Shown here in pieces: positions 37,901-45,945 of a stretch of 64,000 nt of DNA. Below the pieces are notes generated by a model. It made no database searches. It was not told where the DNA came from and saw only the letters and a program-made list of their open reading frames with translations. The DNA comes from Tubiluchus corallicola (Eukaryota; Animalia; Priapulida). The translations under genes and the position numbers were made by a program. Each line of letters begins with the position of its first letter. Positions within the stretch are counted from its first letter, which is position 1. The DNA lies in contig JAQGDQ010000446.1 in NCBI GenBank assembly GCA_030141605.1, forward strand, positions 130,148-194,147, written 5' to 3'.

Positions 37901-40428
37901 GATCCGCTTTGCCCAGTGATCCACTTTACCCGGGGTCTCCCCTAAGTCTTTATCCTGAATGTGATTTCTCATGCAAATTCAGATTCATTTTCAAAAATAA
38001 AATGCCTTTGCTAGTTCATAATGTTGGGGTGCCTACGTATGATGTAATGTTGAATTCCCAGTGCACTCATAGTATGCTGGGCAAAAACTTTAAGTAATTA
38101 CCACAGAAGTTAATTACTTTATTGCAGTTATAAAGTTTTTTGTTTATTTTGATGGCACACTAACACACAGGACATATAGTATTCAATTGTTGCTTGTTAG
38201 CTCTTGATGTGTACAATATTGTTTAATTTCAGTTCATTGCTAGACATTTGTGTACACTGTATGTTGTCATTAAATAGCGCGTTCAGACGTAGAGTTTTCT
38301 CGTAACTACTCTCTGAGAGCAAACTCGCAGGTGTGAACGGCTTGGCAACTTCTCTTGCAACAAGTTGCGAGAGAACTCTCTATGTCTGAATGCGCCATTT
38401 AATGACAACATACAGTGTACACAAGGGGTGTGCAAATTGCAGCCCGCAGACCACTTGCGGCCCGCCGAGAGAATTTGTCAGCCTAATGAAAGTGCGGCCC
38501 GGGCGATTAATTGAGTGTATCCAGTTGAAGTCCGTGCCACGATCCCAAAGATAGTGTGGGTAGTTTTTTCTACTAGATCGGATGGCATTAACCCTTACAA
38601 GACGGTTGTAGCTTAATGTCACTGTACTACACAGACTGTGTGATACACATTACTAATATGCATTATAATGAAATTACCACTATCTGTCCTGAAAGTAGAA
38701 TTATATGGTTTGTAATATAAATTCTAATAACTTCTAAAATAGTTTCTTGAGTGTAGTAGTAATGATGTACGCAGGTCGGATGCAAAAAAAATCATTATTA
38801 GGCCTTTCTGTACTTGGCTTCTTGATCAAACTGCCTGTGGCCCGCAGGAATTGCGGGAAAGTTTAATGTGGCCTGCCTAGTCAGATAATTTGCACACCCC
38901 TGGTGTACACAGATGTCTAACAATAAACTGAAATTTAACATTAAAAGCTAACAAGCAACTATATGTTTGTGGGAATTACTACAGTGCCTACATATCTTAA
39001 GCAAGCATAAGAACAGCCAGAAGAATGTCAGCTTGGAATAAATAAAAATGTAAAAAATAGTAATAATATTAAATTTAGATAAGTGATTTGTAAACAAACA
39101 ATTTAATGAAATCGTACAAACTATAATTTTACTAAATAACCTTACATTTCTCATACTGCACAGCTAAAGAAGAATTAGATCAAGTCAAATAACCCTTAAT
39201 TTTAGTAGAAATATTAGCTGAATAAATGCCAAATTTTATAAACTCAAAATAAGGTTTAAGTTAAACTGTGATAATCACACTAATTACAATGATAACTATA
39301 TAGTAACCGATTATGCCTATTAAAAAACAGGAGGCAACGAATATTACGAATTTTGATTATTGCAGCGATATAGAAGATGCCAAAATTGCAACACTTAATG
39401 TACCAGGACTTAAACAAGTACTATGTGAAATCATTTTGAAATACTTTATTTTCAATTCAATTTAATTCATTTTTTTTCAATTTTTCAATTTATTTATCTC
39501 TTTATAGTATTACAATAAAACATGATTTTTAAAAGAATCTTTAATAAGTTTTGAAAAATGGTTAAAATGTATAGATAGATCTAGAACTAGAGAAAGGATA
39601 GCGAAAAGACTATAAAGTCACCTAGTCTGCTATCCTTTACCGAATATAGATAAAAAGATTTTTTAGACACTGGTGGGCATTGATGTTATCAGTTTAATTT
39701 AGGAAACATTAGTAATTTTTAAAAGTATGACATTTTCTATGTAATCCAGAGAAAAGAATATACATCTAGTTTAATTAGCGGGCAACAAAATAAGGTCAAC
39801 CTTGATTAAACTAAAAATTGCATTTAGATTTTATGTGAAATACAGGTCAAAATTGTTATGAAATGATAAAAACACTTTGGGTTAATAATGCAATTAATTA
39901 ACAACAGGAGTTAAATACATTTTGATTTGAGTTCAACTTCATTATTTCTAGGCTTATTGATTAAGAACAAATCTACTGACTTGGACAATAATACTAAATA
40001 ATATAATTCTCAATATACTGATAAGACAAACATTTAGCTATACTGGTTTTTTAGTAATTTTATAAAGGAGAAGTAAAACTTGTGCAATCTGTGAACAACA
40101 CCTAAATCATTACTCATAAAATAGTACTGCAGTATGACTTTAATAATTACTCTACTGTAAAGAAGAGATGAAAGACAGAGTATTTCCTGATATTTAGGAT
40201 AATATCTGTAATGGATTAATTAATTTGTAGAGTTATAAGTATAAAAATATGTATCATTTTTGAGAGCTATAGAAAGTATTTTCAGCTATTTCTAAAAACC
40301 AAACTGGCAATACTTTTCATGTGATGTTAAAGAAAACCTACCTTTATAAGGAAAACAGTAAAAAGAATAATCATTCCACTCCCAGCTGCAGACTGCAGAA
40401 AGAACCAAGACGGAAGCTGATTCAACAT
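7298..40428 (-). CDS. FAAH: Fatty-acid amide hydrolase-like amidase (amidase signature family), 16 coding exons, 576 aa
   Basis: GT-AG exon chain with all phases compatible, 1731 nt including stop: 40428-40342, 36733-36629, 35292-35179, 33994-33938, 32716-32624, 30833-30703, 30112-29906, 29298-29258, 23591-23467, 20728-20603, 19189-19095, 17600-17501, 14914-14831, 12711-12600, 10669-10530, 7411-7298. Motifs: N-terminal TM helix, GVPVSIKD (catalytic Lys), KTNVPQ, PGGSSGGE, GDIAGSIRLP (nucleophile Ser), YNLLDFPAGVVPVT, GLPIGVQ..WREELCLRVMKEVE. Confidence 0.93.
7503..8397. mobile_element. Foldback-type element with subterminal 21/42-bp tandem repeats
   Basis: Ends ggttctacaggttttacacatcaaatgtaga / tctacatttgacgtgtaaaacctataaac are inverted. 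A 42-bp array (7771-8377, ~14 copies) is mirrored by inverted copies at 7520-7730. Confidence 0.65.
8585..9100. mobile_element. hAT-like MITE
   Basis: TIR CAG[A/T]GGCGTAGC at both ends; degenerate 8-bp flanks. Confidence 0.6.
9903..10247 (-). mobile_element. Tc1/mariner (Tigger-like) MITE family B, copy 1
   Basis: TIR CAGTCRACCCTCGTTAAACCGGA; TA TSD. Confidence 0.9.
10336..10489. repeat. 15-bp minisatellite, ~10 copies
   Basis: (actaacatcacagtc)n. Confidence 0.95.
10530..10669 (-). CDS. FAAH: FAAH-like exon 15
   Basis: actcag|(S)AAAYTILYNLLDFPAGVVPVTVETAKDQENLKSYPQKDPIDWKIKM|GTAAGC. Confidence 0.95.
11201..11711 (+). mobile_element. Old dispersed family E, possibly Kolobok-like; related copies near 30120-30200, 32820-33370, 41748-42120 and 59560-60140
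   Basis: TTAA|AGGAAAAC...GTTTCCCT|TTAA; shared motif cttaaactgtaggtc..ctctttaaaatattg in all copies. Confidence 0.55.
12600..12711 (-). CDS. FAAH: FAAH-like exon 14
   Basis: tgttag|SYKSEFIKAWKAANLDALICPPCVFPAPPPEYPQHLS|GTGAGT, ends in phase 1. Confidence 0.92.
12979..13302 (+). mobile_element. Tigger-like MITE family B, copy 2
   Basis: Same TIR and body; TA TSD. Confidence 0.9.
13560..13861. repeat. (ACTC)n/(ACTT)n microsatellite
   Basis: Directly visible. Confidence 0.95.
14335..14720. repeat. ~46-bp minisatellite, same family as 19571-19977
   Basis: cttatactcacttgtactcacactcacctatactcacttatgctta units. Confidence 0.85.
14831..14914 (-). CDS. FAAH: FAAH-like exon 13
   Basis: ttccag|WPRVGELLACFRGPNDNCHLRLIYSECE|GTTAGT. 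Confidence 0.85.
15045..15897. repeat. 29-bp minisatellite, ~29 copies
   Basis: (cacttgacagtaacccacaaagtagttca)n. Confidence 0.95.
16107..16573 (+). mobile_element. hAT-type MITE family A, copy 2
   Basis: Same TIR; perfect 8-bp TSD tgttagct. Confidence 0.92.
17037..17406 (-). mobile_element. 5'-truncated RTE-clade LINE fragment
   Basis: MLRWMVGITRRDKIRN..RLRWYGHLKRR..GNRRRGRPKLRW is the typical RTE ORF C-terminus; (GAA)n tail; 19-bp TSD aaaaaataaag[t/c]atagtct (17018-17036 / 17407-17425). Confidence 0.9.
17501..17600 (-). CDS. FAAH: FAAH-like exon 12
   Basis: ttgcag|LNEEVDPTLKVFHKLVSLPFPVKKAMSRLIGLV|GTAAGT. Confidence 0.9.
18267..18827 (+). mobile_element. 5S rRNA-derived SINE (SINE3), near full length
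   Basis: Near-complete 5S rRNA head ~18271-18386 (GCGGCCATATCACGTTGAAAACACC...GGTGCTGTAGGCTT) with no T-run terminator, ~430-bp body, (AAC)n tail. 14-bp TSD atagtgattctctt (18253-18266) / atagcgattctctt (18828-18841). Confidence 0.9.
19095..19189 (-). CDS. FAAH: FAAH-like exon 11
   Basis: tttcag|LVPFTVPQGCRAFSLAASCIALDGGRALSDG(W)|GTCGGT; weak donor, but required by the phase of exon 12. Confidence 0.88.
19305..19435. repeat. 19-bp minisatellite, ~6-7 copies
   Basis: (tttcggtacagtcgctacg)n. Confidence 0.9.
19571..19977. repeat. ~46-bp minisatellite
   Basis: Same unit as 14335-14720. Confidence 0.9.
20052..20551 (+). mobile_element. hAT-type MITE family A, copy 3
   Basis: Same body; 8-bp TSD acttaaaa. 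Confidence 0.92.
20603..20728 (-). CDS. FAAH: FAAH-like exon 10
   Basis: tttcag|VYNSKEKLTIGYYDYNDYITVTPGLKRAVRLTKEALESQGHQ|GTTAGT. Confidence 0.94.
20820..21568 (+). repeat. 38-bp minisatellite, left arm of an inverted pair (~19 copies)
   Basis: (gctagcacagaaatgatgcggtatccaaggaagccgtt)n. Confidence 0.95.
22054..23113 (-). repeat. 38-bp minisatellite, right arm of an inverted pair (~28 copies)
   Basis: Reverse-complement unit aacggcttccttggataccgcatcatttctgtgctagc. Confidence 0.95.
23467..23591 (-). CDS. FAAH: FAAH-like exon 9
   Basis: tttcag|(V)KVAYGYMATNVEDIALGMRACCSDETFERDAKVAPIEFKSD|GTGAGT. Confidence 0.92.
24068..24449 (+). mobile_element. piggyBac-type MITE family C, copy 1
   Basis: TTAA|CCCTTTCA...TGAAAGGG|TTAA. 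Confidence 0.88.
24734..25219 (+). mobile_element. hAT-type MITE family A, copy 4
   Basis: Intact TIRs, but the flanks gcctatgt / acttaaga do not match. Confidence 0.9.
25511..25969 (-). mobile_element. piggyBac-type MITE family C, copy 2
   Basis: TTAA TSD, CCCTTTCA termini; inverted relative to copy 1. Confidence 0.88.
26196..26588 (+). mobile_element. Solo LTR family D, copy 1
   Basis: TG...CA termini, 5-bp TSD agctt, internal AATAAA. Confidence 0.8.
26742..27698 (-). CDS. Intronless class A (rhodopsin-like) orphan GPCR, ~318 aa, nested in FAAH intron 8
   Basis: Seven hydrophobic segments; TM1 CN, TM2 NLAVAD, TM3 IDRYIAV..PLYY, TM4 W, ECL2 Cys, TM7 NTLVNVVIY plus helix 8 KEFRIAV. First in-frame ATG at 27698. 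The ORF-track start (27797) is a TTG overlapping an acceptor-like tttcttgcag| at 27792. Confidence 0.9.
   Translation of the reverse strand: MPPLSTAAAPKLNSSQAPRHCEHRDLDMSVTVLYSYVLVVGVLAVVCNMIIITVICKVKILHHTYYYLICNLAVADMLIGWTSVVYCIMVWLEGDCYVSWCIIVKGLSDSMIGASMYTFLAVSIDRYIAVMRPLYYEKIMTLTSTRVILIATWIFSVLPFLIGRSIQAANGGFEGGSFCFDLSGTIDLIMTLLYLILMPSVVFMNTKVILEVIRQQKATKSNTPSVSIHNSVRTRFRIAKIVFYLTGFFYLMTLSHVILLLLYVVSPEHKKFLRKVLPFSWALLVTNTLVNVVIYSVKLKEFRIAVKELFYRKVAPEM
28537..28873. repeat. Tandem duplication, two copies of ~150-180 bp
   Basis: aaactagtaattaaaac..gcagcaagatgagcataagcagacatgagcttaag..acaacttacatgctactcta occurs twice. Confidence 0.85.
29258..29298 (-). CDS. FAAH: FAAH-like exon 8
   Basis: tttcag|HEGCMNSVPGVQV|GTAAGT; 41 nt, phase 2 to 1, restores the frame between exons 7 and 9. 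Confidence 0.88.
29400..29660. repeat. (GA)n-rich microsatellite
   Basis: Directly visible. Confidence 0.93.
29906..30112 (-). CDS. FAAH: FAAH-like exon 7 (amidase signature, both catalytic Ser)
   Basis: YGCSNPIFGATENPVQKGRVPGGSSGGETCLLKRKGSPLGVGGDIAGSIRLPSHMSGVCGLKCSASRF(S)|GTAAAT. Confidence 0.96.
30703..30833 (-). CDS. FAAH: FAAH-like exon 6
   Basis: ttgcag|GYASTLGQAKYAKPKDEDAIVVKVIKAKGGIPFCKTNVPQTLL(S)|GTAATG, ends in phase 2. Confidence 0.95.
30908..31585 (-). CDS. Putative small spliced gene or pseudogene in FAAH intron 5, with an F-box-like segment
   Basis: Phase-0 chain 31585-31511 (ATG..AAG|GCAAGT), 31360-31307 (attag|..CTG|GTAAGT), 31231-30908 (cgtag|..TAA) gives 150 aa, including LKIQVYKRMCKYTSVRDLRALCASVSAACFAL. 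Confidence 0.3.
32624..32716 (-). CDS. FAAH: FAAH-like exon 5 (catalytic Lys)
   Basis: tttag|DWAKELDARGPRKDEILFGVPVSIKDNISVT|GTAATG. Confidence 0.95.
33938..33994 (-). CDS. FAAH: FAAH-like exon 4
   Basis: ttgcag|ALEVHEDTNCITDFILEAE|GTATGT. Confidence 0.92.
34190..34520 (+). mobile_element. Tigger-like MITE family B, copy 3
   Basis: Same TIR and body; TA TSD. Confidence 0.9.
34674..35108 (-). mobile_element. Second copy of the 5S-derived SINE, 5'-truncated
   Basis: Reverse complement carries the 3' half of 5S (GGTTAGTACTTGGATGGGTGACC..GTAGGCTT), the same body with internal deletions, and an (AAC)n tail. 11-bp TSD tctcctgtgat (34663-34673 / 35109-35119). Confidence 0.9.
35179..35292 (-). CDS. 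FAAH: FAAH-like exon 3
   Basis: ttctag|GMTEQRRAIVELSACSLAEAIRSGKYTALEVLYAYWTK|GTACGT. Confidence 0.92.
35987..36445 (+). mobile_element. piggyBac-type MITE family C, copy 3
   Basis: TTAA TSD, same body. Confidence 0.88.
36629..36733 (-). CDS. FAAH: FAAH-like exon 2
   Basis: ttttag|WRRNKEIRAQHREAAAELRAKRERSIQVLREKLPE|GTGTGT, phase 0-0. Confidence 0.85.
36827..37237 (+). mobile_element. Solo LTR family D, copy 2
   Basis: TG...CA termini, 5-bp TSD aatac. Confidence 0.8.
37346..37942. mobile_element. TIR element (pogo/Tc1-like MITE)
   Basis: GAGACCCGGGTAAAGTGGATCACT and its reverse complement at the other end; TA flanks. Confidence 0.75.
38423..38902 (-). mobile_element. hAT-type MITE family A, copy 5
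   Basis: Reverse orientation; 8-bp TSD gtgtacac. Confidence 0.92.
40342..40428 (-). CDS. FAAH: FAAH-like exon 1 (start codon, N-terminal membrane anchor)
   Basis: ATG; MLNQLPSWFFLQSAAGSGMIILFTVFLIK; donor AAG|GTAGGT, phase 0. Confidence 0.75.
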
Positions 40429-43400
40429 GATGCAAGTTTTAGCGTATCCAAGCAATTAATGAGCGGCAAATTCTAAAATTAGCAAAAAACTTTGCAAAGA
40501 GCTTGCATTAAACTCAGCAACAGATTATTAATTTCATTTCTATGCAGTTCTGAATTAGCATGCCGGAACCCTCAAAAGCGGGAAAATTCTTAATGCGAAG
40601 AGTTTAGTAGGACTAGGATCAATTTGTGTAATCTCTAAGATAAGACACTAAACAAGCACATACAGTACACCACCCCTCAAGAAAGAGAGTAACCAAGGGT
40701 TTCACAGCAAATGAAACCATATATACAGACACAATTTTCAAGATGGTCGCTCGTCCACTTACTGATCAGACTCAATGTTGCATTTATGATACGTTTTACA
40801 TATTAAAATACTAATTACAGAAGTAATAAGCTTCTTTTATGCAAGCACGCAAAACTGCGGTAACAATGAGATTGAGACAGTGTCCACAAATTTTTTTTAA
40901 CATTTAATGCTCTTTCCACAAATGAAGTTAAACAATGCTGAGGCTGGTTAATAACTGGATAAGCGGCTGCTAGAGAAAAATCGCTTCTGTTCAGCATCGT
41001 TACACTGCTCCTGGCCATGTCTCTCTCTGAGGGAAGATGCAATCTTAGCTAAGACACCTCTACCAGCTCAGGATATTGGTTCCAAAGATTTTTTTACATC
41101 TCATTAAAAACACTAATAAATTTATTATGCACATAAATTTTTCGTAAAAAGCATAAGAGATGTACACTAATCTTAAAAATATCATTGTTCAACTCTCATG
41201 AAGGTAGTTACTATCAGATGATAACATGATCTTTTATAAATAGAAGACAAGACGAATCTGACAGTGTCCACAATATCATGCTGCTGTGGTTTACAGTGTC
41301 TCTATGCACTTTCTACAAAAATCATGGGCCGTGAACAGGCTCAGCGACTATTTATTTTACGGGTTTCCTGTTCAAAAGTAAACAATACAATGGGCAGTTC
41401 CTCGCCTTCTGCGAGATGTGGAGAACCCACAATTCATTTTCTGAAAGGGACTTCGCGGGATCCAGAGGACGGCTATCAGACGGGGTATTAATGCACAGCG
41501 TAACGTTTTGTAATGACCACGCCCCTACAACAACTCTGAAATTGTATTCATATTTTCACTGAAGTTCCTAAAAATTGTTCCATAAATACTTAAGATAACT
41601 TAACAACAACCTTCGAACTTTGCACCAAGCGGTCAGTCACTATTTAGTGGTGGCAATACGGGAATGCTTATTTTTTTCTTTTTTACAGATCGCCCCAAAT
41701 AAGACCAACTTCCACTCTTGGTAAGCCGGGTCGCCGAACTCGTTTAAAGCAAAACCGGGTACAATCTTAATAAGGTAAGTCAAAACAACCTACTCTTTAA
41801 AATATTGAAAGGAAACGTGCTATTTTTTTCAAAAATGACCACACAAACACAATTTCATGTTCACGCCACTAGTTCTTCACTGTTACATGAATTTCGGCAC
41901 TGGCAGCTGCATTTCAGAAGCGCATTTACCTCTCAATTCAGATATGTTAGTTTGTGATGAACTGCACACATTCGACAGCTCATGTGTGAGCACAGTTGTA
42001 ACATGTGCAAAATACTCATAGAATATTTTTGGTGTTGGAAATTAAATTATATTAGTTGGTGGTGTCATCAATTGCTGGGCTCACCCGCCCGTTAAATACG
42101 ATTTTAATCCATTATTTAATTATGTTGTCGGTGACGCGCAACAACTCGTTTAGACAATATTTTAAATATTGCAAACGATTAATGTCAATTTCTATCCTTT
42201 ATTTGAACAGGAAACCGTGGAGTGCTCTAATAAGGATAAAGGCTCTGTGTCTACAATAGATGTTTAGAGATACGGAGGAAGGAGAAGAAGGTAGTACATG
42301 CAAACTCATCCTGTCTTCCTTTAAGATTTAATTAATCTATTGTCCAGAAAAATGGAAATCAAATATTTAATTTGCCAAAGTATGCCTTATTTTTTCGCTC
42401 GTAAATTCGACGAATTTTTCAACGGTGTTAAGTATAGGCCTACCTCAGAAAGCAAGGAAAAATACTTTCAATAACAGTTCATTTCAATAAACTTTGCATC
42501 AGGCTATCTCAAGACTTTTAACAAGAAAAACAAAACATTACGCATCACTTTTAGCATTGGCAAACTGTTACCCTGATGGTGACATAAACTAATATGACTA
42601 CGTTTGTTCTGTACGTAATAACAGAGCTTAATATAACACCACAGACTATATAAATAATTATGCTGATGATGGTTCCATTATGCAACGGCCAAGGCAAGTC
42701 TTTGGTACAAGCACAGATTTAGATGCGCGTGCGCAGAGGGAGTATGCTAACCCAACAATACTGTCAATACAAGTCATTTTCATCAAATTTAAATGATAAG
42801 ACGATTACTGGAATAACCAACGGCCAAAGATCTTATACGATAAAATTTGTGACGCTATTATTGGGAATTTGAATTCTTATCTGGCATTCTCACTGAATCG
42901 CCAATTAAAGTAGGACCTGACCATATAAATTTTGTTGTCGCCATCCAAGACACAGTGACACAATTGTTTCTCTCCTTTTCGTTACATTAGTTTTGTTCCC
43001 TTATTGAATCGTGGGATCCATGCTTGTAGCTGTTTTTGCATGCACTTGATAATTATACTATGCTCTATTCTGCACGGGTTCTTTATTTTACATTGTGTGC
43101 ATTCCCTTTGTGATTATGTATGTTATATATAATTATAATAATCGAAAGACAAATATATAATCGTTATTAACCAATGAAATCGATATTTATAAGTATAACG
43201 CAACATGCGAATAAAATTCACAACGATTATTAGAGGCAAAAGCAGACAGTGCAGCCTAAAATCTGCTGTGCACCGATTTTGAATTCAACAAAAAAAAACG
43301 CAACCTGTAATTCAAACTGTACACAATATGCACATGCAATTAAGAACACGTACAGGTAAGTAAAATTTGTGCTGGAATATATGATGTTATATATAAATTT

Positions 43401-44185
43401 ATGTAGGTGTGCCGATAATAAGCCAAAATATTATGCAACTAAAATTCCCAGACGTATGTTGACATTAATTTTGTGGCCTACGTATTAAAGCAATTTAACT
43501 TGTAACTCATATTAATTACCATAGTCTATAAGCTTTCTACATGAGAAACATTCAAAGAAACGTGTTACATATTAGAATAGTGGATTAGTACAATGGTTAT
43601 ATACGTTGCAGAATGTGGAGTATTAAATTTAATTAAAATTTATTCATTCTGTTAATGTGCTAACAAAAACGAGAAATCTTCACTTGAATAAATGCCTTCG
43701 GGTTTTATTGAAAGAGTGTCATTTTTCAAGGAACTTAAACATTAATGATCATCTTTTCCTCACTCCCTCGATTTCCTTTGATGTGTTCTCCTTCGTTTTC
43801 TCCTTTTTTCTTTCTACTTTCTTTTCACTTTCCTTCCTCTCCAGCGATCTTTCAGTGACAATTTTTATTCTTGCGGACACGTACGACACCGTGCGTGGTA
43901 CAGGCCATAGTAATTACATTCCTCGTGTGGTAACCCAGATTAAATTTGATAAGCTTACACGTATTATTATTATAATTTTACTTGTAATCGCTACATCGAA
44001 TTTTTAAATTAGCATAATTAGTCGTAGGTTTTCACACATCGCATTTTTTAATGGTTTTACTCTTATGTATGTCAAATACAAAAGAATTTTTATTTACCAG
44101 ATTTAGTTAGTGCTAGACAACTTATAGGCCTTATGTATAGGTCTTGAACGTGCAGCGTCATTAGATCAAATTTTCATGCATAACT

Positions 44186-44570
<385 letters not shown>

Positions 44571-44914
44571 ATTATTATTATGTCTGCGTTCTTAATACAA
44601 TGCCACTTGAAGACGATAACGACGATTTATCTGAAAAGTAAGTCGTAAAAATGACAAGATAAGGTAGTAAAACCAGAATGTCAAAATTAAACTAGGCCGC
44701 TTTTGTATTACAAAGAACCGTCATATTACTTCAGTTTCGACCGTCGTATTACAAGTCGGTCAAGCGTTAAATAATCTAATAAAATTGAAATCATTTCACT
44801 GTCGAGACGCGACTTTCACTGCAAGTTGTTGACATGGGCGAACTAACGAAAACCCTGCTGCTTTTTGCTACGGTAACTATGAAACTTTATGTATATACGC
44901 TTGTATTTTGAAAC

Positions 44915-44990
44915 TTCTCTCTCTTTCTCTCTCGCTTTCCCTCTCTTTCTCTCTCTCTGAACTTTCTCTTTCTCTTTCTCTCTCTCTCTA

Positions 44991-45028
<38 letters not shown>

Positions 45029-45062
45029 TCTCTCAACTTTCTCTCTCTCTCTCTCCTCTCTG

Positions 45063-45132
<70 letters not shown>
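44915..45132. repeat. (CT)n microsatellite upstream of the six-repeat gene
   Basis: Directly visible. Confidence 0.97.
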
Positions 45133-45136
<4 letters not shown>

Positions 45137-45303
45137 AAACATGAATATTTGTAAAAATTTGAATGGTAATTGTTAGATTGAAAATTGACATTGTATAATA
45201 ATCATTTTAAAAAATTCATTTTTATTTCGTAATTATAATAATCAAAATAAGAAATTCAACGTGGAAAGTACAACAGAGCAGGAAAAAAGAACACTCAGAG
45301 AAA

Positions 45304-45342
45304 GATAACTATCCAGCAGTTTTGTTCTTGACTGCCCTTTTG
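45304..45342 (+). CDS. Probable signal-peptide exon of the six-repeat protein (no ATG; GC donor)
   Basis: GAT AAC TAT CCA GCA GTT TTG TTC TTG ACT GCC CTT TTG reads (D)NYPAVLFLTALL. It joins ALIGIVTG across a 60-nt GC..AG interval that contains in-frame stops. Confidence 0.5.
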
Positions 45343-45402
45343 GCAATAATATAGCTATAGCCCTCGTTTGTAGAGCTGCAAATTTCCTCATAATTTTTCC
45401 AG

Positions 45403-45945
45403 GCGTTAATTGGCATTGTGACGGGAGAAGGTTACGGATTTGTTGATGGCTACGGCATAGGAAACAACGGGCCACCAGCTAGAGATTTTTCCAAAGGCTT
45501 ATATGCAGAACGGGGCGGATATTCGCGTGACGGTTACGGAATTGGGAACAACGGGCCGCCTACTAAGGACTTTTCTAAAACGCTCCGGTTTCGTTCGGGA
45601 CGTGGGCGTGATCAGGGATACGGCATAGGCATCAACGGGCCACCCACCCAAAACTTTTCCAAAAATCTCTTCGTTTCCCAAGGCGGTTTCCGGGGAGATG
45701 GCTACGGTATTGGCACCAATGGACCACCTACAAAAAACTTCTCCAAAAAGCTGGGATTTCGATCTGGAAGTGGTTATGGTAATGACGGCTACGGATTAGG
45801 AAACAATGGGCCTCCCAATAAAAATTTTAACAAAAACCTGTTCGTTTCGCAAGGTGGATTTCAAAGAGACGGATACGGCCTGGGTACCAATGGGCCTCCC
45901 AATAAAGGCTTTGCAAACAAGTTGGGGCCCAATAGGCGAATATAG
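45403..45945 (+). CDS. Main exon of a Gly/Tyr/Arg-rich, probably secreted protein with six ~28-aa repeats (DGYG[IL]GxNGPP)
   Basis: Acceptor tttttccag|45403, in frame with the ORF, gives ALIGIVTG-EGYGFV followed by six repeats. Amino acids are conserved between repeats while third codon positions differ extensively. TAG at 45943-45945, AATAAA near 46073. Confidence 0.85.
   Translation, partial: ALIGIVTGEGYGFVDGYGIGNNGPPARDFSKGLYAERGGYSRDGYGIGNNGPPTKDFSKTLRFRSGRGRDQGYGIGINGPPTQNFSKNLFVSQGGFRGDGYGIGTNGPPTKNFSKKLGFRSGSGYGNDGYGLGNNGPPNKNFNKNLFVSQGGFQRDGYGLGTNGPPNKGFANKLGPNRRI

Noticed and set aside
39480-40320. Decayed CR1/L2-type LINE (3' hairpin similar to 32290-32360 and 62290-62340)
   Set aside because: Plausible, but no readable ORF or boundaries could be established by eye.
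45418-45945. Classical neuropeptide precursor
   Set aside because: No regular dibasic cleavage or amidation sites between the repeats; kept as an unknown secreted repeat protein.
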